Assembly (NCBI GenBank): GCA_951406725.2
Contig: OX597832.1
Coordinates: forward strand, 58,652,001-58,716,000
Length of the DNA stretch: 64,000 nt
DNA from: Octopus vulgaris
Taxonomy: Eukaryota
Direction: 5' to 3'
Shown here piece after piece: positions 1 to 14,595 of this stretch. A program made the position numbers and the translations under genes. A model generated the notes under the pieces. The model was not told the origin of the DNA and ran no database searches. It saw only the letters and a list, made by a program, of their open reading frames with translations. How positions within the stretch are numbered: the stretch's first letter is position 1; each line of letters starts with the position of its first letter.

Positions 1-423
1 AACGTGAAACCGATATCATACATCCGAATTAATATAGATTCTTCATATATAATATCACAATTATCAGGAAAATGAGATATTAATGAGAGGACATTAAATT
101 AATGTTTCACTCCTTTGTTTAGTTAGAGAATGTCGAAGTGGGGACAAATCTATCATTCTAGCAATTTAAAATTTCCAGTTCTCTTGAATTATTGAAAAGT
201 TTCCTTGATTTACGACTAAAATAATTTAGAGGAAAATTGTCAGCACGTCAGGACATTTTTTATGATCCTCTCCAAATTGGGATGATTAATTAACAACTCA
301 TAAAATAGCCGTCTTCTTGTTTCAGTTTCAAGGTGCTTCTGAAAAGGAGGGGCAAGACATCTGCTAGTATATATATGATATCGTATGCATACACACATAC
401 ACACATACACACACACAGACACA

Positions 424-930
<507 letters not shown>

Positions 931-932
931 GA

Positions 933-979
<47 letters not shown>

Positions 980-1034
980 TATATGTCTGTGTGTGTGTGT
1001 ATTTATATGTATGTATATATGCATGCATGTATAT

Positions 1035-1355
1035 CTTTTATCTTTTGTGTTTCAGTCATGATGGAGCACCATCAAGAAGAAGAATTTTAGTATACCTAAT
1101 GGATCTTAGTGTTTATATTTATCTTTAAACGTGGTACTCATTCCATCAGTTTCTTTTGCCGAACTGCTATATTACGGGGACGTAAAGACACCAGATCCGG
1201 TTTTAAAGTGGTGGTGGGGGACAAAGGCAGATACATTGACACACACATATACCAAAATCCACTCATAGGGCTTTAGTTGGCCCGATGGTATAGTAGAAGA
1301 TACTAGCCCAGTGTGCCACGTGATGGAACTGAAACTCGAGCCATGTAGATGGGAA
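1035..1355 (-). mobile_element. SINE family B, degraded copy
   Basis: Reverse complement of family B body and tail (ttttgccgaac...ttacggggacgtaaa...tagtagaagatac). Confidence 0.65.
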
Positions 1356-1408
<53 letters not shown>

Positions 1409-2230
1409 TATATATGCGTGTGTGTGTGTGTGTATGTGTATGACATGCCTAATATTTAAAAAATGTGCAACTGAATTTTTTTTCATGTGGTTCGGATTTC
1501 AGGACAGACAATATTTCTATGTAAAACCAGCTACAACAAAACCGAACAAAACAAAACTATGGAGAAAGGGAAACCCACGTATATAAGAATAATATAATGG
1601 GAACGGTTAAATTCCTGTCGACAGATGGATGTTTTCACACATGCCAAAAGAAATCCGATAGTTCCATGAAAAGGTATACCTTATACCTTATATTTTAATG
1701 GTAATTGCATCAAACACGATACCAAAAATTTCGAAAAAAAATTACCATTGATGCATGCTTTATGCAAACATTATGAACTCAAACGAAAATGTGTTCACGA
1801 ACTCCAATAGATAGAACATATTTAGCCATTAGGGTATCTCATAATTCGTAGCCATTATGAAACTTAAGACCATCTCGGTTATCAGAAAAGAATCTAAAAA
1901 AAATAACTTCTATTTTCTCTGACTAAACATTTTGTGTTTTTAAACAGAAAATATTCTTTAGAATGCGCCAAGTAACGGGATATTGATGGTAACGGGGAAG
2001 AACCAGCCTACTTTCAAACGTTGTTTTTTCATTCTACTCTTCCATCTCGCGCTGTTGCAGCTCCTCCTACTCATCATCGTCTGCCACTTCCCCTCCTTTC
2101 TCTCCTCCTCCTCCTCCTCCTTCTTCCTCTTCATTCTCTCCCTCCATAATTTTTTTTATTGTCATCTTCCCCCTAGGATTCGAGCTCTCGATCTATCTCA
2201 CCATACGTCACCATCAGCACCCCCACGACG

Positions 2231-2337
2231 ACGACGACGACCACCACCACCACAACCACAAGCACTATCACCACCACCACCACCACCACCACCACCACCA
2301 CCACCACCACCACCACCAACACCATCACCACCACCAC
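2231..2337. repeat. (CCA)n-rich trinucleotide tract
   Basis: Direct reading. Confidence 0.9.
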
Positions 2338-3017
2338 TTCTACCAAAATAATCATCGGAACGATCACCTATTCATCATCAACATCATCATTATCATCACC
2401 ACTGACCTCAACGATAACAAAAGGAGGAGGAGGAAGGGGAGGAGGAAAGGAAGAAGTAGATAAAAAAGAAGAGAAAGAAGAAAGCTGACGCTGTAAGTTG
2501 TGATGATGATGATGACGAACGACGATGATGATGAGGTGGAAGGAAAAGTGGCTGAAGAGAACTGTTAATACCACCACAAACACCACCACCACCAATATTA
2601 CTACTACTTCTACTACTACTACAACTGGTGATGATGATGATGATGATAATAATTACAAGATGAAGAAATATAAAATAGCCCTAACTCTCGCTAGAAAACC
2701 AATATTCGATCGGAAAGTTCTGAAACTGATTTCCGACCCCCACCATACACACACACATAATAATCTACCATTGCATTGAAGAAGACACTTGAAGCCAAAT
2801 GAGTGATGTAATAACGGTTAAGAACTGAAGAAAGAGATGTTTATTGTAATCAATATTGCTGACGTTTTATCTCGATAATCAGATCGCCTGACAAATGAAA
2901 GCAAGCATTTCATATATATATCTCTATATATATTTCATCAGCTAAGTGAGATGGTCATGCACATATATACTTGTGTGTGTGTGTTTGTGTTTAAGTATAT
3001 ATATATATATATATATA

Positions 3018-3203
3018 TGGTTGAAATGTACAGAAAAGCAAAAGATGAAGACAGGTGTATAAACAACAAACAGGTGCATTTGGTTAACGCTCTGAAAGTT
3101 GAGAAAGTCTTTACGTTTCGAGCCTACGCTCTTGAACAAGAAGGAACACGATGAAATAAACATAGAATTAAAAAAAAACTTCTGGAGCTAGCGGTCAATC
3201 ACA
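3018..3203 (-). mobile_element. Short PLE-derived element with decayed hammerhead motif, abutting (TA)n
   Basis: Homologous to 23470-23612; minus strand reads ...gagc-gtag-gctc-gaaa-cg-ta-aagac but the CUGANGA box is decayed. Confidence 0.55.
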
Positions 3204-3223
3204 TGTATGCCTACATACATTCA

Positions 3224-3267
<44 letters not shown>

Positions 3268-3316
3268 GCAATGATTATTTACCGACTTTACAAATTAACG
3301 TTTTATATACGTATTT

Positions 3317-3351
<35 letters not shown>

Positions 3352-3377
3352 TACAGACAGACATGCATAGATGCTCA

Positions 3378-3424
<47 letters not shown>

Positions 3425-3469
<45 letters not shown>

Positions 3470-3470
3470 C

Positions 3471-3550
<80 letters not shown>
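3425..3550. repeat. (GATA)n microsatellite
   Basis: Direct reading. Confidence 0.95.
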
Positions 3551-3552
<2 letters not shown>

Positions 3553-3805
3553 AGTAAAGTTCCTACTCGTGTCATGCCGACTCATAAGGGCCGGTTTCCC
3601 GTTTTCCATGGCGTATGTATTTCCCACCTGGATGGGACGCTGGTCCGTTGAAGGATTACGCATCACTGAGTTCAGTTGACTGGAGCAACATGAAGTGAAG
3701 TGTATTTTTGTTTACGAACACAACGTAAACCTCCCGGTTCAGGAATCGAAACTACAATCTTTCGATCACGATTCAAACATCCTAACCTTTAAGCTACCCG
3801 TCTGC
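3551..3805 (-). mobile_element. tRNA-type SINE (tail shared with 8789-9090)
   Basis: cataagggccggtttcc...cccacctggatgggacg is the reverse complement of 9004-9060; box B remnant ggaatcgaaac. Confidence 0.65.
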
Positions 3806-3844
3806 ACACACACACGCACACACAAATACACATGCACATATATA

Positions 3845-4200
3845 GGCGCAGGAGAGGCTGTGTGGTAAGTAGCTTGCTTACCAACCACATGGTTCCTGAT
3901 TCAGTAACCCTGCGTGGCACCCTGGGCAAGTGTCTTCTACTATAGCCTCAGGCCGACCAAAGCATTGTGAAGCCCATCGTACATGTACACACACACACAC
4001 ATATAGATATGTATTTCTGTGTCTGTATTTGTACCCCCGCCATCGCTTGACAACCGATGTTAGTGTTTACGTTCCTGTAACTTAGCGGCTTATTCGATAG
4101 AATAAGTACTTACAAAGAATAAGTCCTGTGGTCGATTTTTCGACTAAAGGCAGTACTCAAGAATGACAGCAGTCAAATGACTGAAACAAATAAAAGAGTA
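3845..4200 (+). mobile_element. SINE family B
   Basis: ggcgcaggagaggctgtgtggtaagtagcttgc...gcaccctgggcaagtgtcttc...gactgaaacaaataaaagag. Confidence 0.8.
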
Positions 4201-4203
4201 AAC

Positions 4204-4279
<76 letters not shown>

Positions 4280-4282
<3 letters not shown>

Positions 4283-4617
4283 GAAGTGACCCCCTTCATG
4301 AAAATTCATGAGATTGCACCTAGAAATTTAATCGTCGAAGCCCCAAGTCCGGGCAAGGTTGTTTATGGAAGACCAGAATTCGCCGCTGCATACCAGCCTC
4401 TCCTCTTCAAGCCACTGATGTTATTCAAGGGAAAAGGAAAGGCTGATACAGATTGGCACCAGTGACGTCGTAACTCATTTCTACACGTGAGTGAACTGGA
4501 GCAACGTGAAATAAAGTGTCTTGCTCAAGAACACTACAGGGAGCCTGGTCCGCGAATCAAATTCACTGCTTCATGATTGTGAGCCCGACACTCGAAACAC
4601 TGAGCCATTCGCCTTCG
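4280..4617 (-). mobile_element. tRNA-type SINE between (TA)n tracts
   Basis: Head/core gagtgaactggagcaacgtgaaataaagtgtcttgctcaagaacac, similar to 3695-3725 and 28160-28210. Confidence 0.6.
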
Positions 4618-4621
4618 CAGA

Positions 4622-4653
<32 letters not shown>

Positions 4654-4819
4654 CATATATATACACATATATAGATATATACACACATATATGTGTGTGT
4701 GTGCGTGTGTGTGTGTGTGTGTGCATGTGTTTAGTTATGTATGTATACAGGGAGGAAATGTGGTCGGATGATGTCTGGGAAATATTTTGGAGTGCTAGTG
4801 TATGGAAGTGAGTGTACAA

Positions 4820-5385
4820 GTCTGTGTCTGGACGTAATTCTTCTTTGTGAATCTTCTCTGGATTGCTTCAAGGTCCGCTGTTAATACTGTTGGCTGACCA
4901 TAGCTGGCGGCAATAATCCAGGCGCCTGAGGACGAATGTCCTTCAGAGGACCGTTCATAGTTTCCTTATCTCTGGATCTGAATGTTCTCAGGATCTATCC
5001 AGCTATTCTGGTAATGTGCATTTGGAAAGAGGTATCATCACTCATGTCAATACCCAGGTGTCTCACTGATTTAGGTTCTGGGATTGAAATTCCCTGTGGA
5101 CCAGTGTACCCTGTAAGTTTCATATTCAGTTTTGGACGCTGGTAGCGCAGGGCTCGGAATTTTTCAGCATTAAACTGCATATTATTAACCTCAGTCCATC
5201 TGTAAATTGAATCCAACTCCTGCTGCAGATGTGTAACATCGCTGGGGTTCTGTATTTTCTGCGAGACTTTCGTATCGTCTGCGCAGCTTGCAATGGTGAC
5301 TATCCGGGCACTTGAGGGCATATCTTAGAGGACCACTATAAAAAGCAGTGTTCCCAAGACAGTACCTTGTGGAACACTTCTTACG
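4820..5385 (-). pseudogene. LINE reverse-transcriptase fragment (CR1/L2-like)
   Basis: SVPQGTVLGTLLF...ASCADDTKV...YRWTEVNNMQFNAEKF...VRHLGI...RLDYC-QLWS; contains stops and frameshifts. Confidence 0.85.
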
Positions 5386-5523
5386 ATTTCTGTTTTCATA
5401 GAGGTGGGTCCATATATATGTGTGTGTGTGTGTGTGTATGTGTGTAGTAAATTTTCTTTGTTTATTGTATAGGTAGTAGTCGTAAGTACTCAGATAAAAG
5501 ACCTGAGACTCGAAGGTATAAAA

Positions 5524-6182
5524 AATGTCAAGGAAGATTTCAGATAGGTTCAAGAATTTAATTATACATATATTCTGCCATAGATCAATGCATATCAGTC
5601 TTTCGATTATGATATGTATGAGTCGTCAAAATATTAAACATTTAAAACATTGATGAATACACAAATATATAAAAATCCAATATACATATATAAATAGATG
5701 AGTGAAATTAGGTTAGATCGGCGTTGTAAAAAGTATTAAGAATAAAAGTATGTCCGTTGTATACAGTAAACTCTTCCGAAGAGAGAATAAAAAACATCGT
5801 AGCGTTGTGGTTCGAATGTTTCAGAAAACATGTAAATAATGCGAGAGAATAAGTATTCCTGTTTAGGTAAACTGTTGGTGGTAATCCTCTTACGGCCGTT
5901 TCAGGCGTACTCCAATAATTGAATACCGACTCCTTCATCAGATAGTATATTATTTTAATCTTAATAAATATATTTTATTATCAAAAAATTTTAAAGCGCC
6001 TTTCTAACATAATTTTATTCATCTATTTATATATGTATATTAGATTTTTATATATTTGTTTACTATGAATTTGTAATATGTTTTAATATTGTAACGAGGG
6101 ATACATTGGTATATTCTAAAGACTGTAATGGTAAAATATATAGATAATTAAATTATCGAACCTATCTGAAATTCTCCTTCAC
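5524..6182. mobile_element. Fold-back element with ~230-bp diverged inverted arms (5524-~5750 / ~5965-6182) and a hammerhead motif in the spacer
   Basis: aaggaagatttcagataggttc and caatatacatatataaatagatg match the reverse complements of 6157-6179 and 6020-6045. Confidence 0.7.
5887..5945 (-). ncRNA. Type I hammerhead ribozyme motif (imperfect stem I)
   Basis: ctat-CTGATGA-agg...cct-GAAA-cggccg-TA-agag; palindromic stem III acggccgt. Confidence 0.6.
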
Positions 6183-6219
6183 AATTCTTCATATATATAT
6201 ATATATATATACATATATA

Positions 6220-6532
<313 letters not shown>

Positions 6533-7132
6533 CAGCTCTGTATGACCGCTGCTTTAAAGCTTAAATACTTAAAAGAAATAAAACAATGATAGAATATATT
6601 TACAAATGCATTTAGATATATGTATGTGTATGCATTTGTGTGTGGTGGGGGTTGTGTGTTTGTGTGTGTTCGTACGTGTGTGTATAAAACTAATATTTCA
6701 TTTGTAGTTTTGTCTGTAAATTCGTTAGAAACGACCGAACAGTTTCTCGGGGAAAAAAGAAATCCAAAGAGATACGCAATAGTAGAGGAGAACTACGAAA
6801 GAAAACAATACCGTTTCTTTATTATTTTTTCTTTTTCGTTTTCGTTTGGTATTCTTTCATTTTCTTATTTTCCTATTTTTCCACCATCTGTTTTCTTCAC
6901 ACAGGCATGAGTGAGTGTTCGATAACAAAATATATTTTTAATACACTCACACACGCACACGTATTAGAATACACGCGTGCAAATATTAAAAACAACAAAC
7001 ATGAATGTGTAAGGAATAAGAATAAACATAGTCTCGGAGAGAAATCTGTTTCGCACAGGCAAGTAATTACAAAGATATGATACACGTTTATATGCCTCAT
7101 CATACATACATTCACGCACACACGTTTATATG

Positions 7133-7185
<53 letters not shown>

Positions 7186-7677
7186 CTGTGTGTGTGTGTA
7201 TGACATGTGTACAAAAGTGAAGAGATGTAAATATAAACAGACAACCTTTCATTTTCATTTTCACATATATTCGCACAAATATTCACTTCTATGAATGCAT
7301 GATCGTATATGATTATATATATATGTATATGTGTGTGTCTATGTGTGTGTGTGTGTGCGTGCGTGTGTCTATGTACCTGTGTGCGCGTACGTGTGTATGT
7401 ATATATATATATACTTATGTGTATATATATATGTATATATATAAATATATGTCTATATAGGTATGTATCTATGTATATACATATGCATGTATATTTATAG
7501 GTATGTATACATATACATACATACATACATATATATATATATATTTACGTGCATTAAATATATGTATATGTATGTATGTATATATATAAATATATATACA
7601 TACATACATATATACATGTATATACATACATACATATATATATATATATGTATATACATACATATATACAAACACAC

Positions 7678-7725
<48 letters not shown>

Positions 7726-8685
7726 GTATGTATATACACACACACACATACACACACACGCACGCACATACACACACGCGCACGTGTAATTAATAACATT
7801 TCTTGATAGTTTACAATTACAATTTTTCCTAATAATTTTGGAGTTTCTGAACATAATTGGATGTTACATTTTTTCAGATGGTACGTTGGGAAGAAAATGG
7901 AGTGGTGGGGGACGATGTGGAGGGAATGTAAAGATGAGAGTGATTATGGGTTTAGAGACAGAGAATAAGGGAAGAAATGATGTAGATTCTGAGGTGGAAT
8001 TCGAATGGAGTGAGAGCAAGGAAGAAGGAAAGAGGGAAGAAAGAGGTAAAGAGCAGGCATGGGAAAGTTTGGTGGAGGCAAGAGAGAGACAGAGAGAGAG
8101 GGGGAGAGACAGAGAGAGAGAGAGAGAGGGGGAGAGACAGAGAGACAGAGACAGAGGGGGAGAGACAGAGAGACAGAGAGAGAGGGGAAGAGACAGAGAG
8201 AGAGAAAAAAATTAAAGAATTAAGAGATACGTGTGTTGGAGTGCAAGTGAGGTGGTGTATGTGTGTGTATGAGTACGTGTGTCTGAGTGTGAGTGGGTGT
8301 TTGCGAGACAGTTGGAAAGGAAGAGTTGGAGGAAAGAGAAAAAGAAGGAAAAAAAGAAAGATTCATTTCTAAGAAATGAAAAGCGTATGGAAACGAACCT
8401 GATGTGTGTTTTACAGAAGGAGGCGAGAGGTTATACGAGAGAATGTGTGTGTGCATAAGGGGGGGATGGAATGGAATTAAAGTGATATATATATATATAT
8501 ATATATATAGAAAGGGTGATGGGGGAGTGGTTTAGTGAAGCAATGAATAAAGAGAGAGAGTGAGGGAGAGCGAAAGAGATGGTGAAAAGTATGCTAAGAG
8601 CCAGATAATATATTAATGTTTAATGAGAAAAACAAGAAGGATTAAAAAAATGAGAAAGGGTGAGGTCACAGAGACAGATGGAACG

Positions 8686-8744
<59 letters not shown>

Positions 8745-8788
8745 ATGTATATATATATGTATACACACACACATATACATATATATCT

Positions 8789-9090
8789 GGAGGCACATGG
8801 CCTAGTGGTTAGAGCAGCGGACTTGCTGTCGAGGGATCGCGGGTTCGAATTTCAGACCGGGCGATGTATGTGTTTATGAGCGAAGCGCCTAAGTTCCACG
8901 CAGCTCCGGCAAAAGGTAATGGCGAACATCTGCTGACACTTTCGCCACAACTTCCTCTCATTCTTTCCTCCTGCATCTTGCAGCTCACATGCGACGGACC
9001 AACATCCCGTCCAGGTGGGGAACCTATACGCCAAGGAAACCAGGAAACCGGCCCTTATGAGCCAGGTATGACTTGAGAAGGAACAAACGA
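8789..9090 (+). mobile_element. tRNA-derived SINE (family A-like head, different tail)
   Basis: ggaggcacatggcctagtggttagagcagcggac...gggttcgaattt; box A and box B present. Confidence 0.8.
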
Positions 9091-9446
9091 TTTATGTATG
9101 TATCTACGTTTGTATGTATATAATGTCTACATATACAAGGATGCGCGAAAGTGAGAAAGCAATGAAAAAAGAAAACTCGTACGATATTCATGTATTTTGA
9201 TCAAAGAAAATTAAAAGTTACGATAACAGTATTATTATAGTTATGATAAATGTATTATTGTGATTAATGACACTGAAAATATCAAAAATGTGGTTAACTA
9301 ATTTAACGTGCCAATAATTTTTATGAATTAAGTCTTATAACATTGGTGTGATAGTTACTGTATACCTACTTTTGCACACACCTCTCTCTCTATGTATGTA
9401 TGTATGTATGTATGTATGTATGTATGTATGTATATATGTATGTATG

Positions 9447-9479
<33 letters not shown>

Positions 9480-9610
9480 CTATATATATATGCATAAATA
9501 TACACATACACACACACACATATATATATGCATATATATATATATATTCATACATATGTTTTACCTATCTATCCATCGATCCATCTCTCTCTCTCTCTCT
9601 TATATATGTA

Positions 9611-9653
<43 letters not shown>

Positions 9654-9656
9654 TAT

Positions 9657-10035
9657 TTAAAATGGGCCAAAATCGCAATAGGGGACAATAAAACATTCGG
9701 ACAGCTAGACGATACAAAAACGTGACAGGAGAAACAACGATTATAAGGACAGGGAGAAAAAAGGAAGGTCATACGTGGCCTTCTTTCTTCAGTCAAGATA
9801 ACATATATCCTTACAGTTTCGAGCAGTTAAACTTGAGAGAGTTCGATTTGCATGCCCCCCAAAATCTTTAAGCTAAGAGCATGAGAGTTTTTGCAAGAAA
9901 GCTAGCAAATGTGTACGGCAACAAAGACAAGAAAAAAAATACAAACAACAAGAATATAACAACAGGTGTCTTTCGACTTAGAACGAATCAAATTGAGCTG
10001 CCGTGTAAGTAGTGAAAGCCTAAAGGCAGGAATAT
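9657..10035. mobile_element. Unclassified TA-anchored repeat; diverged inverted partner of 11825-12215
   Basis: Shared blocks aaaatggg(c/a)caa, taagctaagag, tgtctttt?cgac and aatt(g/a)agctg in opposite orientation. Confidence 0.6.
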
Positions 10036-10364
10036 AGGAGAAAGTGCTCTAAAACGGACTGTAACCGATAACTCGCTCCAGTGACAAATATCTACGTGAA
10101 AAAGGAAACATATGTCAAAACAAAAAGAAACAAAGGGAAATATCGAATTCGAAAGATACGTATACATATCAAACAGGTGTGTATTTACATTTAATTGTTT
10201 GCCTCCGTATGACCTCATTCTAATGTAAAAAATATAAAAGATATATACTTCAATTTAATGGCTCTGAGGAAGCTGCACGATGCTACACAACTAGTGCACT
10301 GCTGTAAGCCTATGAATGTGATTACATAACAGCTCTTGTCGGGTCATTGATTAACTGATATTAG

Positions 10365-10593
10365 CGGCGAGCTGGCAGAAACGTTAGCACGCCGGGTGAA
10401 ATGCGTAGCCGTATTTCGTCTGCCGTTACGTTCTGAGTTCAAATTCCGCCGAGGTCGACTTTGCCTTTCATCCTTTCGGGGTCGATAAATTAAGTACTAG
10501 TTACGCACTGGGGTCGATCCAATCGACTTAATCCGTTTGTCTGTCCTTGTTTGTCCCCTCTGTGTTTAGCCCCTTGTGGGCAATTAAGAAATA
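10365..10593 (+). mobile_element. SINE family C with 8-bp TSD gatattag
   Basis: gcggcgagctggcagaa...gagttcaaattcc...gcctttcatcctttcggggtcgataaa (Meta-domain-like); gatattag at 10357-10364 and 10594-10601. Confidence 0.85.
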
Positions 10594-11039
10594 GATATTA
10601 GGTTCACTAATCCCCGAACGCGTTATTCTAATGCTTACATATGTTGAGTCTTAACGGTTGTGCCGAATCAAAACCTTACAATGTAAAGTGGGGATCTGAA
10701 GTCACAAATACACTGAGAACTGCATGTACTTTGTACTTTCTTGGAAATTGGGAATATTGGTGGACAATATTACGGAAGGAATGAAGTTTCCTCTTTTCAT
10801 ATTCTGATACTTTACAACGGAAAGGTATCTTAATCAGAGAAATAATTCAGTGCACCATCCAAATATCAGCTCGATAAAATTGTTGGAAATAGTCTTTGGC
10901 ACTGTAAAAATCTATTGCTAATTCCTTCACTTACAAAATGGGTTACCAATGTCCATTATTACTCTGCAAGAATACATCTGCTGCAGTCGAATGCTTTGTA
11001 AACTATCGAAAACAAATGTCACACTTTTCAATTTATACA

Positions 11040-11219
11040 CCGTATTTTAACGTGTATAAGGAAAAATCATGTGTAAGGAACCCCATAATTTGGGAGCTTA
11101 AAATTTGGAGAAAAGGTTTTGCAAGCGATTATAATACTATCCAAGTATAAAAAAACTCCTATACTTTTAAAAATCTAATTTTTAGCAAAATGCGGTTCCT
11201 TATACACGTTAAAATATGG
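11040..11219. mobile_element. pogo/Tigger-type MITE
   Basis: TIRs ccgtattttaacgtgtataagga / tccttatacacgttaaaatatgg, followed by TA. Confidence 0.8.
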
Positions 11220-11461
11220 TAAGTGATTATTATCGTTTCATCACATACAAAATACGACATAATGCAATTGACAGCACTAAAATTATAACACTAAAAAAAC
11301 AAAATGAAATTCATACCGCTTTACGAGCAAGAAAATCTATATCATTTTTACAAAGTAGCACACGCATCTAAAAATAAAGAAAGATATTACTATGGGAGCA
11401 CAAGATTCAACCGAAATCAGCGACTTGATAGGCCTAAATGCTTTCGGAATATATATATATA

Positions 11462-12215
11462 TAGCGGCGTACGTATACTTTGGTCTTATATGTATGTATA
11501 CGTTATTCTAAATCTTGTACGACTCTATTTCTGGCTATCAGCCCTTTCACGCTTATTCGTTCATTCCACTCTTCGTTCTTTCGTTCCCCCTCTCTCACAT
11601 TTCTTTGCCTCCTCATCTTACTCACTTACACTCCCCTTTCCCTCCATTTTTCACTTCACAGTGTCCCTGTCGTTTTTTCTCACCCTCCTTAATCCTCTGT
11701 CCCTCTGCTTCTAATTCTCTCTCTTCTCTTCCCACGTGATCGGCGTTCGGCCAAGCCTCTTCTTTCTTTCTTGTTCTGGCCGTTGTCTGCGCGACATCGA
11801 TATTCCTCCCCGTGTTTGAGAAATCTTGTATCCCTGCCGTAAGGCTTCATTTCCACACACGCCAGCTTAATTTAATTCGTCGAAAGACATCTCTTGTTAT
11901 GTCTTGTTATTATTTTTTTAATTGTATTTCTGTAACAATGTCGGTTTTTTTCGTCCTTGTTTTTATATACATTCGCTGGTCTCTTCCAAGGAATATAATA
12001 CTCTTAGCTTACTTTTTCCTTGGGGCTGGCCAGATTGGAGCAAGCTCAAGTATAATCAGCTGAAATTGCGAAGATAAACTGGTACTTAACTGAGGAAAGA
12101 AAACTTCGAATAATCCGTCCTTGGTTTCTTTGTATCGTCTATCTGGATGATTTGTTGTCCCATTTTTGTATCACCTAACTGTCCGGCTGTTTTGCGTTCT
12201 TGTCCCATTTTGAAT
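11462..12215. mobile_element. Unclassified element bounded by (TA)n; right part homologous (inverted) to 9657-10035
   Basis: TA tracts at ~11450 and ~12217; homology blocks as listed for 9657-10035. Confidence 0.55.
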
Positions 12216-12249
12216 CATATATATATAATATGATCCATTGTCTTCTGCT

Positions 12250-12900
12250 GAACCGGGGTCATCCCTTGACCCGAGGTTCACAGCAGGTCCTCATCTCATG
12301 GACAGTACACGGCGTAAAATGCGTGCGGAACCTAGCAATACTATTTCTGAAGTTCTCCCACGTTAACACTGCAAGGTAGTTTGTTGATCTATTTATCAAG
12401 GCCCTTTTTAATTAGCCCTAACACTCCAGTCACCACTGGTGTCGTGCTGCTTTTCATTCCCCTCATCTTGCTCACTTCTATTTCGAGGTCTTTGTACTTA
12501 AATAACTTCTCAACTTCTTTAATGGACACATTTCTCTCTGATGGTACTGTCACATCTATCATTAAGTATTTCTTAATTTAATACTTTGGTGATTATGTCC
12601 GGCCTGTTTGCCTTGATTTCTTTATCGGTGTTGATAGGCACGTTCCAGAGTACTGTTACATCATACTTTCTGGTCAGAGTTTCAGGTTTATACTGGTACC
12701 ATCTTTCTGAAGTTGGAAGCTGGTAGTGTTTACATATCTTCCAATGGGTATTTGGCGCTACTCTAACGTGTCTATGAATATATTTGGTTTTTGCAAGCGC
12801 TGTGCATCCAGTTAAGATGTGGTCCACTGTTTCATCTTGCTCATGACATATTCTGCATTTCGGGTCACTGCCATCGTTCATTATTTCGTTGTGGTAATTT
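12250..12900 (-). pseudogene. R4/Dong-like non-LTR retrotransposon 3' fragment (CCHC knuckle plus restriction-like endonuclease)
   Basis: KCRICHEQDETVDHILTGC...YIHRH...IKANRPDII...IDVTVP...EKLFKYKDLEIE...PVVTGVLG. Confidence 0.85.
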
Positions 12901-13672
12901 TTACCCCAATGTCACTTTGATGGCATGTACTGCTCTCTCTCTCTCTCTCCCTCTCTCTCAATGATAATAATAATTTCTTTGGCACTGCACTAGACATAGA
13001 CAGCACAACACACCGCATTTAGAAATTCAATCGAAATCTCACATCAATGAATACATTAATAACGAAGAGAAAATTATTCATAACTGAATCCAAAGGATCA
13101 TTGAGAATTTCTGGACTAGCTTTTAATGGACCGCTCTTTAAAAGCAGTCACGTCATTGCAGCCTAACCTCAAAAAGCATGCACACAACAGAAATCAAATA
13201 CACCCCACGAAATACCAGAGGGAACCCAGCTAAATGGTTGAATAAGCCGTTAAGCGAAACTTGAAGTTTCATTGTACAGCGCTTTTGCAATTTGACTTAA
13301 TTCTCATTAATATGTCCACCAATTAGTAAATGTTCCGTTGTTATTTCCTTAAATTCATCATAAATAAACCCACCTTAACACACTCACACACACAAACACG
13401 CACTCAGAGCAACAAACGTGCATATAGACATTCCCACTTTATTTGCAGCAAAAGAGAGAAGTCAGTTAAATATAAACAAACACGTACAATTATAAGGAGA
13501 GCCGCAGAATTTTAGAGAAAAACGGAAAAGAAGGAATGAAATACAAATATGCATACACACACACATAGGCACGCACTCACACACACGCACACACACAGAG
13601 CAAGCTATATATGTTTCTAGTCCAGCAAGGCCAGAGTCAAATGATTGAAACAACTAAAATAATAAAAGAATT

Positions 13673-13710
<38 letters not shown>

Positions 13711-13731
13711 TATCCATATATTTATATACAT

Positions 13732-13787
<56 letters not shown>

Positions 13788-13801
13788 ATAAATATATATA
13801 T

Positions 13802-13841
<40 letters not shown>

Positions 13842-14018
13842 TCACGTATATACATAAATATATACCTATATATATAGATAGATAGACAAATATAGAAAAA
13901 GAGAGAGAAAGTGAGTGAGAGAGAGAGAGAGAGTAACAATAACAGACAGGCAGATAGATATACCGGTAGGCAGATATTGAGACAGAGGCACAGATAGTTA
14001 GCTAGATAGGTGAATAGA

Positions 14019-14059
<41 letters not shown>

Positions 14060-14127
14060 GGAGAGAGAGAGAGAGAGAAAGGGAGATAGACCGACAAACA
14101 GAAAGAAAGGCAGAAAGACGGATAAGG

Positions 14128-14206
<79 letters not shown>

Positions 14207-14373
14207 GTTTAAGATACTGATGATATGGAAACTGAAAGAAAGTAGATGAGAGAGAAATCAACCGTTCGCTGGAAAAATAAATAGCCATAGAGAGATATAT
14301 GCAGCTTCTAAAAGGGAAACACCGTGGTGCATGTAAACATGTTTCACATATTCTTGTGTCATCTACATAACTT

Positions 14374-14414
<41 letters not shown>

Positions 14415-14595
14415 TGTGTGTGTGTGTGTGTCTATGAGAGTGTCTCTGTGTGTCTGTGTGAACGGGTGAAGGAGAGAGAGATAGACTGAGAGAGAGAGAA
14501 AAAGAAAGAAAGAGACAAGATGCACAGAGATGCGGTAATAAGGGCAGAATGCGTAAGGTGAATAACGAAATGGTTGCATATATTTCGTGGTGGCA

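Noticed and set aside
9135-9385. Possible Tc1-type MITE
   Set aside because: The terminal inverted match is too weak to support
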